Positions 50,239 through 59,169 of a DNA stretch of 64,000 bases are shown in pieces. The notes under the pieces are model-generated. The model worked only from the letters and a program-made list of their open reading frames with translations, was not told where the DNA came from and made no database searches. The stretch's first letter is position 1, and every line of letters starts with the position of its first letter. The stretch is from positions 47,182,001 to 47,246,000 of the forward strand of contig NC_083236.1 of assembly GCF_032191835.1 (NCBI RefSeq), in the 5' to 3' direction. The translations under genes and the position numbers were made by a program. The DNA is from Heteronotia binoei. Lineage: Eukaryota.

Positions 50239-52284
50239 ATGGAAAGTCGCTGGGGGTTTTTTAAGCGCTGCCAGGCTTGTGGGAGGAAGATTGCCCCCCC
50301 CGACGGACATTCCTTGTGCCTACTGTGTTTGGGGGAGGCGCACAGAGTCGAGTCGTGCCCGCATTGCCTTCGGTTCTCGAAACAGACCAGGAAGAACCGA
50401 GCGGCTCGGCTATCGGCAGCGCTTACCGAATCGGCGCTTCGACCCCATCGACCGATGGAGGGTTCGGCACCGAAGTCGACCGACAACCCGGCACAGGAGC
50501 TTGCATCGGCCGATGCTGCTCCGATTCTGACCTTGGAATCGCCGGAAGAGCGTGGCTCCACGAAGCGTCCCCACGAGGGTTCGGTGGATACGCCCGCTAA
50601 AAAACGCCGAGAGGACTCGGGGACCCGAGATCCGAAAAAGGCGAAATCGAAGAAGAAGCACAAGCGACCCCGCACTCCTTCTCCGTCGGAGGGCGCATCG
50701 GCATCGGCAAAACCGCCGAAATCGATTCGGGTTTCCCCGCGCAGGAGCCCAGCAGCCCAACAACGCCTGTCGGCGTCGGAGCAGGAACCGGAAATTGACC
50801 TTACCCAACGGTCTTCATCCTCAGGCTCGCGGCGTCGGTCGAGCAGCGGATCGACGTCGGGGGTGGACGCTTCGGCACCGGTCATAGACCCGCCCTTCAA
50901 GCCCCGACCCCGGCGGGACCTAGCCTACACCCCGCAACGCTTCCCGATACCACCATGGGAGCAACGGCGGTGGCAACCTCCCTACTCCCGATACGAATCC
51001 TGTCGGTGGTACCCGGAGGACTACCAAGACTGGGAACAAGCTTCGGTGTTTTCTGCGACGTCGAGGGTCTCGCATCACTCCCGGAAGGCGTCGGCGTCGG
51101 TGTCGGTCCCCCCGGATCGACAGCTAGTCCCGGTCGAAGCTCCCCCGAGACTTTCGTCGGTGCAACTCCAACCGCGAGAGTCGACACCGAGGCTCTCCGA
51201 GCACTCCGCCCAGCGTGACTCCTCGTCATCGGAGTCGGACAGTGAGATCCCTGATCTGGAGCCTTCGCCTGGTTCCAACACGGCGGAGGATCTCCCGATC
51301 TCGCCGTCGGAAGACCTGAAATCCTATGGCGACCTTGTGAGGCGCATCGCTTCCACCCTTAAACTGCCTGTGATCCAACCGGAACCCGTAGTGGACGACA
51401 ACGTGTTCGACATAATGCAGAGGAACACGTCCACTGCGGTGGCCCTTCCGGTCACCAAGGTGATTCTGCAGGCCATCAAAGAATCGTGGAACAAGCCTTC
51501 CTCCACACCTGTCTCCTCTAAACGCCTGGACCACATGTACAGGGTTCAGGAAGCAGGTGCTGAGTTTCTATTCACCCACCCACGTCCGAATTCCGTGGTC
51601 GTCTCCTCCTCCTCGAAGGCAAGGAAGGTGCACTCCTCCCCACCGGACAAGGAGGGCAGGAAGATCGATGGGATGGGCCGCAAGGTCTATTCAGCGGGGG
51701 CACTTGGCATCAAGGTATCCAACTATGCAGCCTGCATGGCCAGGTACCAGTATGCTGTGTGGGAACAGCTTTCCCCCTTCCTCTCTTCACTAAGTGAGGA
51801 CAAGAAGACGGCGGCAATGAAATTACAAAGGGAAGGTCTTGCTGTAGCCAGACAGCAGCTGGCTGCAGCGAAACATATGGTGGAAGCTTCAGCCAAAGCC
51901 ATCACATCGGCAGTTTGCATCAGGCGACACTCCTGGCTCAGGTCAACGGCACTGCACCAAGACACCAAGACCTTTATCGAGGACTTACCCTTCGAGGGTG
52001 AGGGGCTCTTCAGCACTACGACTGACGCGGCGCTGCAAGAGTTTGATAAGAGCGTCAAGACATCCAGGAACTTGGGGGTCCAGCCTTCCTCTAAGTCTCC
52101 GAAGTCGAAACAATGGTCCAAACCCTGGACCAAGAAGCCCTATCAGAAGTTCTCCCCTGAGCAGTGGCGTCCTCGCTCGCAGCAACCTGAACGACCGCCC
52201 TACTCCGGCAACGGTAGAAACCGTTATGGGGGCCAGCCTTCTAATAAATCTAAGGGGGCTCGGCCACAGAAGCAGGGGGTTTGA
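50239..52284 (+). CDS. DIRS copy D ORF1 (gag-like, 681 aa)
   Basis: ATG start; CxxC-x9-H-xx-C-xx-C-x4-H-x4-CxxC motif; C-terminal PDKEGRKID, RRHSWLR, IEDLPFEG as in the other copies. Confidence 0.93.
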   Translation: MESRWGFFKRCQACGRKIAPPDGHSLCLLCLGEAHRVESCPHCLRFSKQTRKNRAARLSAALTESALRPHRPMEGSAPKSTDNPAQELASADAAPILTLESPEERGSTKRPHEGSVDTPAKKRREDSGTRDPKKAKSKKKHKRPRTPSPSEGASASAKPPKSIRVSPRRSPAAQQRLSASEQEPEIDLTQRSSSSGSRRRSSSGSTSGVDASAPVIDPPFKPRPRRDLAYTPQRFPIPPWEQRRWQPPYSRYESCRWYPEDYQDWEQASVFSATSRVSHHSRKASASVSVPPDRQLVPVEAPPRLSSVQLQPRESTPRLSEHSAQRDSSSSESDSEIPDLEPSPGSNTAEDLPISPSEDLKSYGDLVRRIASTLKLPVIQPEPVVDDNVFDIMQRNTSTAVALPVTKVILQAIKESWNKPSSTPVSSKRLDHMYRVQEAGAEFLFTHPRPNSVVVSSSSKARKVHSSPPDKEGRKIDGMGRKVYSAGALGIKVSNYAACMARYQYAVWEQLSPFLSSLSEDKKTAAMKLQREGLAVARQQLAAAKHMVEASAKAITSAVCIRRHSWLRSTALHQDTKTFIEDLPFEGEGLFSTTTDAALQEFDKSVKTSRNLGVQPSSKSPKSKQWSKPWTKKPYQKFSPEQWRPRSQQPERPPYSGNGRNRYGGQPSNKSKGARPQKQGV

Positions 52285-54181
52285 CTTCCCGCAAGCACGC
52301 GTCATCGCCCCCACTGTCGACCATTCCATTCGCCTACGCCCTTTCCTGCCTGCCTGGGAGTTAATCTCCACAGACAGGTGGGCTCTGTCCATTATACGAG
52401 AGGGCTACAAGATAGAGTTTATCCAGACCCCAAACCAGTCCGTGGTAGTTACCACTCCCCCTTCCCCACCTCTGCTGGCGGAGGTGAGCAACCTCCTACA
52501 GAAACAAGCCATAGAAGTTGTTCCACCGGAGGCCAGGTTGGGAGGCTTCTACTCCCGCTACTTTCTGGTCCCCAAGAGGGACGGGGGCCTACGGCCTATC
52601 ATGGACTTGCGGGGTCTGAACAAATTCATTCTATATCAGAAATTCAGAATGGCTACACTGCAAACAATCCTGCCCCTCATCAACCAAGGGGATTGGATGG
52701 CGACCCTGGACCTCAGGGATGCTTACTTTCATGTCAGCATCCATCCTGCGTTCAGGCGTTTCCTGCGGTTTGCAGTGGGTGCTCGTCACTTCCAATTCAG
52801 GGCCCTGCCGTTTGGACTGTCTACTGCTCCTCGGGTGTTCACGAAGCTGATGAGTGTGGTGGCTGCTCACCTTCGTCTTCAGGGAGTCGTTGTTTTTCCG
52901 TACATCGACGACTGGCTTCTCGTGGCAAGGTCGAGGGAGAGTCTAACATCTCATATCGCCATCACTCTGCGCCTTCTCGGCACCCTGGGGTTGCAGGTCA
53001 ACGTGGAGAAGTCTCATCTCACCCCGTCAAAGACAGTTCAATTCATAGGGGCTCTGTTGGACACAGATCAGCACAGAGCTTTTCTTCCCGCTCAGAGAGC
53101 AAAGGACATCATGACCCTAGTACAGCTTCTCCAAAGACGACAGTGGGGCACAGCACAGCAGATCCAGCGGATGCTGGGACTGATGGCTGCGACGACGAGC
53201 GTGCTGCGTTTTGCAAGACTGCACATGAGGGGCTTACAACTATGGTTCTTGCGCCATTTTCGCCCTCTCAGAGACTCACCTCGGAAGAGGTTTACCATCC
53301 CATCCGAGGCTCTTCAATCCCTGCAATGGTGGGGGTCGGAGGGCAACATCTGCCAAGGGGCTCCCTTTCATCTGCCAACCCCTTCCGTGACTATCGCCAC
53401 CGATGCTTCCATGTGGGGGTGGGGAGCTCATCTGGAGAACTTATGTGTGGGGGGCAAGTGGCCACTGGAACTCAACCGGTACCACATAAACTACCTGGAA
53501 CTGCTGGCGGTCCACTTTGCTCTTCGTTCCTTCCGCCCTTTGTTAGCGGGGAAGATAGTGGCATTACTGACGGACAACACCACTGCCATGTGTTATATAA
53601 ACAGGCAGGGAGGGACAGTGTCTCACAGGCTGTGCTCACTGGCATTAGATCTCTGGAGGGAGTGCCTCCAGTGGGGCATTTTTGTGAAGGCTACGCATCT
53701 GCCTGGGGTCCTCAATGTACGGGCAGACTCGCTCAGCAGGGGCGCAGCGTCCCCACACGAATGGGAACTGCAGTGGAAGTTCCTGGAACCGGTGTTCCAA
53801 CTTTGGGGCTACCCGCAGTTAGACGTCTTCGCCACAGCGCGGAACAAGAAGTGCCCATTGTTTTGTGCCAGAGGGGGTGCGGACCCAGCTTCCCTGGGGG
53901 ACGGACTCCTTTTCCGGTGGGAGGGCTGGTTCCTGTACATGTTCCCACCCTTACCCCTGTTGACGAGAGTGGTCCACAAGTTAGTGCAGGAGAGGCCACG
54001 ATGCATTCTGGTGACCCCGTGGTGGCCCCGTCAGAGCTGGTTCCCGATTCTGCTCCAGCAGTCGGAGGGGGTCTTTTACCAGTTTCCGGCGGAACCGGAC
54101 CTGTTGTCGGCCCAGGGCGGACACGTACTCCATCACAACGTGCCACACCTGAAGCTGACAGCGTGGTTCATCGATCACTAG
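51998..54181 (+). CDS. DIRS copy D ORF2: RT, RNase H and Dam-like MT domain
   Basis: LDLRDAYFH, LPFGLSTAP, YIDD; TDAS, LELLAV, TDN, ADSLSR; LDVFAT...YMFPP; the listed start is GTG, so the true start is unknown. Confidence 0.93.
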   Translation: MRGSSALRLTRRCKSLIRASRHPGTWGSSLPLSLRSRNNGPNPGPRSPIRSSPLSSGVLARSNLNDRPTPATVETVMGASLLINLRGLGHRSRGFDFPQARVIAPTVDHSIRLRPFLPAWELISTDRWALSIIREGYKIEFIQTPNQSVVVTTPPSPPLLAEVSNLLQKQAIEVVPPEARLGGFYSRYFLVPKRDGGLRPIMDLRGLNKFILYQKFRMATLQTILPLINQGDWMATLDLRDAYFHVSIHPAFRRFLRFAVGARHFQFRALPFGLSTAPRVFTKLMSVVAAHLRLQGVVVFPYIDDWLLVARSRESLTSHIAITLRLLGTLGLQVNVEKSHLTPSKTVQFIGALLDTDQHRAFLPAQRAKDIMTLVQLLQRRQWGTAQQIQRMLGLMAATTSVLRFARLHMRGLQLWFLRHFRPLRDSPRKRFTIPSEALQSLQWWGSEGNICQGAPFHLPTPSVTIATDASMWGWGAHLENLCVGGKWPLELNRYHINYLELLAVHFALRSFRPLLAGKIVALLTDNTTAMCYINRQGGTVSHRLCSLALDLWRECLQWGIFVKATHLPGVLNVRADSLSRGAASPHEWELQWKFLEPVFQLWGYPQLDVFATARNKKCPLFCARGGADPASLGDGLLFRWEGWFLYMFPPLPLLTRVVHKLVQERPRCILVTPWWPRQSWFPILLQQSEGVFYQFPAEPDLLSAQGGHVLHHNVPHLKLTAWFIDH

Positions 54182-55200
54182 ACTTTTCCACCAGAGTTCA
54201 ACATGTGCTCCAGAGTAGCAGGAAACCTTCCACCCGTGCCTCTTACGAGAGGAAGTGGAAGAAGTTCAGTGACTTCGTGGCTGGCTCTCCTGTGCCAACC
54301 AACTCGGTTGGGCTCCCAAAAATTTTTGAGTTTCTTTTGTCCTTGATCGATGAGGGGTTAGTTTTCTCCTCCGTCAAGGTTTATTTGGCAGCTATTTCTG
54401 CCTTCCATGTCTCGGTTGAGGGTCACTCTGTTTTTGCGCACCCACATTCCAAGAGGTTTTTAAAGGGGCTCTTCCGGCTTCATCCCCCCTCGAGATCCCC
54501 TCCACAGTTGTGGGACCTGACTTTAGTTTTGGACAAGCTAACTCGCCGTCCCTTTGAACCCATGGCTACATGCTCCCTGCAGCTTTTGTCATGGAAGACT
54601 GCGTTTTTAGTGGCCATCACTTCAGCACGCCGTGCGGGGGAGCTCACAGCGATGCGGTGTGACTACCCATACCTTGCCTTTAGGGAGGCCGGAGTTTCTT
54701 TGGCCCCGGACATTACCTTTCTCCCGAAAGTGGTTTCCCAGTTTCACCTTAACTTAGAGGTTTGGTTACCCACGTTTTACCCTAGCCCTTCCTCGGACGA
54801 GGAACGGAGGCTACATGCACTGGACGTTAAGCGTGCCCTCCTGTTTTATTTAAACCGTTCAAGGGGTTTTCGTAAAGATAACCAGCTTTTTGTCTCCTAC
54901 TCTGCCCCTAAGTTAGGGTCCAAGATTTCGTCTCAGAGACTTTCCAAGTGGCTTACTGAGACGATCAAACTTTGTTATCTGTTGGCTAAAAAGCCTTTAC
55001 CTGGACCTGTGCGTGGACACTCCACTAGGGCGATGGCTACGTCGGTGGCATTCCTGAAAGGCGTGTCCCTCTCCGATGTCTGCAAGGCGGCTACCTGGTC
55101 TTCTCCGCATGCCTTCATGAAGCATTACGCGCTGGACGTGCATGCTCAGCAGAGGACTCGGTTGGGAGCTGCGGTGCTACAGGCTGTGTCTTCAGGCTGA
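52285..55200 (+). CDS. DIRS copy D ORF3: tyrosine recombinase with long N-terminal overlap of ORF2
   Basis: SARRAGEL, GHSTR and KHY give the R-H-R-Y tetrad; the frame is open from the ORF1 stop; true start unknown. Confidence 0.92.
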   Translation, partial: LPASTRHRPHCRPFHSPTPFPACLGVNLHRQVGSVHYTRGLQDRVYPDPKPVRGSYHSPFPTSAGGGEQPPTETSHRSCSTGGQVGRLLLPLLSGPQEGRGPTAYHGLAGSEQIHSISEIQNGYTANNPAPHQPRGLDGDPGPQGCLLSCQHPSCVQAFPAVCSGCSSLPIQGPAVWTVYCSSGVHEADECGGCSPSSSGSRCFSVHRRLASRGKVEGESNISYRHHSAPSRHPGVAGQRGEVSSHPVKDSSIHRGSVGHRSAQSFSSRSESKGHHDPSTASPKTTVGHSTADPADAGTDGCDDERAAFCKTAHEGLTTMVLAPFSPSQRLTSEEVYHPIRGSSIPAMVGVGGQHLPRGSLSSANPFRDYRHRCFHVGVGSSSGELMCGGQVATGTQPVPHKLPGTAGGPLCSSFLPPFVSGEDSGITDGQHHCHVLYKQAGRDSVSQAVLTGIRSLEGVPPVGHFCEGYASAWGPQCTGRLAQQGRSVPTRMGTAVEVPGTGVPTLGLPAVRRLRHSAEQEVPIVLCQRGCGPSFPGGRTPFPVGGLVPVHVPTLTPVDESGPQVSAGEATMHSGDPVVAPSELVPDSAPAVGGGLLPVSGGTGPVVGPGRTRTPSQRATPEADSVVHRSLDFSTRVQHVLQSSRKPSTRASYERKWKKFSDFVAGSPVPTNSVGLPKIFEFLLSLIDEGLVFSSVKVYLAAISAFHVSVEGHSVFAHPHSKRFLKGLFRLHPPSRSPPQLWDLTLVLDKLTRRPFEPMATCSLQLLSWKTAFLVAITSARRAGELTAMRCDYPYLAFREAGVSLAPDITFLPKVVSQFHLNLEVWLPTFYPSPSSDEERRLHALDVKRALLFYLNRSRGFRKDNQLFVSYSAPKLGSKISSQRLSKWLTETIKLCYLLAKKPLPGPVRGHSTRAMATSVAFLKGVSLSDVCKAATWSSPHAFMKHYALDVHAQQRTRLGAAVLQAVSSG

Positions 55201-55238
55201 CCGTCTTCCCGCCTCCAGGTATGCTTTGCTTGCTAATC

Positions 55239-55333
55239 TCCCATGAGTGTGAAGCACAGAGACCACGAAGAAGATAGACAGGTTGCTTACCTGTAACTGT
55301 AGATCTTCGAGTGGTCATCTGTGCATTCACACT
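55239..55333. other. ICR of DIRS copy D
   Basis: 55239-55275 is complementary to the 5' terminus and 55276-55333 to the 3' terminus. Confidence 0.93.
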
Positions 55334-58059
55334 ACCCGCCCTCCTTCCCCGCTGCTGACGGTCTCTCTCTCTCCAGAAAGGGGCTTTCAGCGGTCAGGGA
55401 GGAACTGGCGGGATTGCCGCGCGGGCGCCGGTGGGCATGCGCAGTGGGTCGCTTGCGCATGCCTGCTGGCGCCTGGCGCGAAAAAATCCCGGGCTTTTGC
55501 ATATACCGATTCGGGGATCGGCGCAGGCGCACTATCCCATGAGTGTGAATGCACAGATGACCACTCGAAGATCTACAGTTACAGGTAAGCAACCTGTCTT
55601 TATGCATGTGTGTTTTCCCTCACTTTCACTGTGCATGTCTGTCAGATTTTCTTTGTCATTCTGTATTGATTTTCCCTCCTTCCCTCCCTCTCTTCTTGGC
55701 AGCTGTTTCTCTGGGTTTCCTGAGTGCTTTTGTGTCAATTTCTCCCTTGCTTCACTTTCAAGCTGAAGGTAACTCAAAATGGTGCAGATTCCCTTGGATT
55801 CCATCCCCCACCCTTTTTCTGCCTCTTAAAGATCAGGCTCCCACATCAAGGTTGTTCCACCCACTCTGCATCTTCCAACATCCTTCCCCCCTTGTCGGTG
55901 TACAAGTTCCATTTCCCCCTCATTGTTTTAAATTTTTTTTATAAGCAACATGAGTCTAGCAATATGAGACTATCGCTAGTCTGGGACCACTGAATTAAAA
56001 AAAATTAAATGATGGAGGAAAGTTTAAAAATAGCTCCGTGAGGGTTAGTTCCCTGGTGGTATTGATTTGAAAGAAAGATCAGAGGGGAGGCAAACAGCAA
56101 TGTTGCCAGTGCAACAAATAAAAAAAAAAAGATTTCAGTGCTGCATGCAAACAAAATAGAGTGTGGAGGATCCTCAGCACATAATGAAATTGATATAAGA
56201 TGTAAAAGACACTGGGATGGGAAACGGAAAGCTTTGAAAACACATTTCCCTTTAATGCTTTAGTAAACAAGGGTTTTTTTTTGGGGGGGGGGGACCATTT
56301 TGGCAGTTTTCAGAAGCCAAACATTAAAAAGGCGGCTGAGGCACATGGATCTTCTGCAAATTGCCAAACGTAAGAATTGTTTGGGACCGTTCTGTTTGGA
56401 GGACAGAGTGCAGTCTGCACAGAACAGACTCTAAAAAACCCTGCCAAGATCATGACCAGTGTGCAGGATTAAATTAGAGAATCACAAAGAGAAAACCATA
56501 CAAATTTGCAAGGAAGGGCAGGAAACTAGTATTACTGTGCAGCTGTACTAGGACACTGGCAAAATACCCCCTACCCCCATATGGCACATAACTAAAAAAG
56601 CTCTCCAGGGCTTCTGCCTGAGAACTCCTCCCACATACAAATTGGAACACTGTGCAAAGCATGATGGAGTTGCAGCCAATTTTGCCCAGGCACACACACA
56701 TGTTGCCAGTGATCACAGCTTGCATTGCCAGTGTCAGTGGAGTCTACCATGCATTGTGTACACTCAACATGTTCTCCCATATTATGAGATCATGTGACTC
56801 CTTTCCATTTTTCACAGTGGCCAATAACACAGCAGAGAATCTCCTAATCCTAGGTAATGTGGAAAGTGGACTTATTAGCTGCTTGTCAGTTTCAAAGAAC
56901 AAGTCTGGTCAAGTTCAACATTGATTTCCCTCCCTTTACCTGCCTTCCTTTCTGTTCCCATTCATACAATGAACTTGCACTAAAGTGCATGCATGTGCGA
57001 AACCTGAACCAAGGGGATTTAAAGAGAAGGTGTTTGCTGGATGTTACTGCACAGCTGCAATAGGGCAATTGCGTACATTTTAAAAACTTTGGCTGCCACC
57101 CCCACACATCACAAGTGATGTTCCACCCTGACTTAGAGAAGTGTGTTTTAAAAATTGCAGCTGCAGTATAAATACACTGGAGGAAAAAGAATGGTGCGTA
57201 AGGTGGGCACAGAATCTGGAGTCAATATTAAAGGCTTACTGCTCTGAAAATCTGCAGTGCATGCGTAATGGGCCCAAATCACAGTGGCGTACTTGGGTAT
57301 GTCAAGATTATAAGATTGGTTCTAATCTTCTCGAGTCTTGCAAGTACCTATGTAAATCCCATTAAGAGACGCACATGTGCAAACATCTGACTATCAACGT
57401 GAGGCCAAGCATCTACTTGATCTGTAGAAACAAAGGGGCTATTGAACTTTACATGATTTTGAATGGCCTATATACTTCTTACATTTAAAGAAAGCTGTAA
57501 ATTGCTTTTGGGTCACCTTAACGCTTCATTCTTGACACGAGTGGAACTTCTATGCAGCTGTGCTCATAACCCAAGATCACAGTGTGACCCCAATGGTGCT
57601 GTCTGGAAAGTGTTCAAACAGGAGCATGAGAATTTAAGACTTAAATCTTAAGCACTTATTAAGGAGTCCTATTTAACTTGCTTCTGACCAAACATGATTA
57701 GCATCTTCCTTACTGATTCACCAGTCTCACTGTTGCATTGCAGTGTACCATGAAGTTATACAGCACAATCCTATGTTTGTTCATTAGGAAATACACCCCA
57801 ATGAGGAATTCTCCAGGGTTATTATGCAGAAGACTTTAAACTTAAATGGTACCATTGAAGCAAATTAGAAATATACATAGTTGGAAAACCTTACTCAATA
57901 GTGTGGCACACTTTCTGGTAAGGATGATCAGGAGGAGTATAGCACCGATGGCCTTTAAACCAATGGGAGTGGGGAAAAAACCTGGACCTGTGCACCCCCA
58001 ACCCCCCCCCCCCATGGGATAATGTGTTTTAACAATAAGCCAGGGGCTCCGCCCAAGGA

Positions 58060-58355
58060 AAGGAAAGGTCTCCTGTGCAAGCACCAGTCGTTTCCGACTC
58101 TGGGGTGACCGCTTTCACAACGTTTTCATGGCAGACTTTTTACGGGGTGGTTTGCTATTGCCTTCCCCAGACATCTACACTTCCCCCCCCAGCAAGCTGG
58201 GTACTCATTTTACCGACCTCAGAAGGATGGAAGGCTGAGTCAACCTCGAGCCGGCTACCTAAAAACCCAGCTTCCGCCGGGGATCGAACTCAGGTAGTGA
58301 GCAGAGCTTAGGACTGCAGTACTGCAGCTTTAACACTGTGCACCATGGGGCTCTT
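58060..58355 (-). mobile_element. Sauria SINE
   Basis: Same sequence family as 16150-16435 and 38362-38655. Confidence 0.85.
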
Positions 58356-59169
58356 TTAAGAACATGTAATAAAACAGGGAATTGAAAACTGGTTGTCTTA
58401 AGATCTCCATAACTGATGTTTACATCATTTTCTCTGCAGACCTGGCCTGATTCTCTGTGCATACAGTTCAAGTCTGCACACCTTTTGGTTCTGAACACAG
58501 ATTGTCAACCTTAGTTCCAAGGGATAAAAATTACATGGTTGGTTACTTCCTTTTGAAGGAGAAAAGATTTGGGTTTTCTCAGGACTTTGCATCCTTTTTG
58601 TTGGTAGGAGAAAAAAAAATATAGATTCCTGAAGTCCTTCCATTTTGCCACCTAATTCATGCCCACCCTCAAATCCCGTGCAGTTGATAAACAGAGACCC
58701 AAACTGCAGCCAATTGGTGAACATTTGCGTTTAGTTACTGAGAATAGTCCTCTATAAATAGCAGTTAAATCCCTGCTCCAGCAGGCAGTTTTAATACCCA
58801 CATATTATTAACCACAAAGAGCCCAGCAAACAGGTACCTGGCTCAACCCTAGGCATGCCTACTCAGAAGTAAGTCCCATGGCATCCATGTGCACCCTGTG
58901 GGGGTTTTTTCCCTGTTTGCAAACGGAGGTGTATCGTGTATCAATTGTTCTTTAAAGCTAGAATATTGCAAAGAAGGATCCTTCCCCTCCCCACTTAGGG
59001 TCTGTTCAGCCACCACCTCCCCACTCCAGCAGGGAGATCCACTCTGGTACATCCTTGGCTCAGCAAAAACCCCTCCCTGTATTCTCCGGGTGTAAAACCC
59101 CTTACCCTCTCTTTCCCCCTGCCCGAGGAGAGAGGGGAAACCATCTTCCCCGGGTCTTGCACCTCAGCC

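Larger units (their letters stand above)
49846..55599 (+). mobile_element. DIRS1-like retrotransposon, apparently intact (copy D)
   Basis: ITRs at about 49846-50030 and 55385-55570 are near-identical; ICR at 55239-55333; three uninterrupted ORFs; no TSD. Confidence 0.97.
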
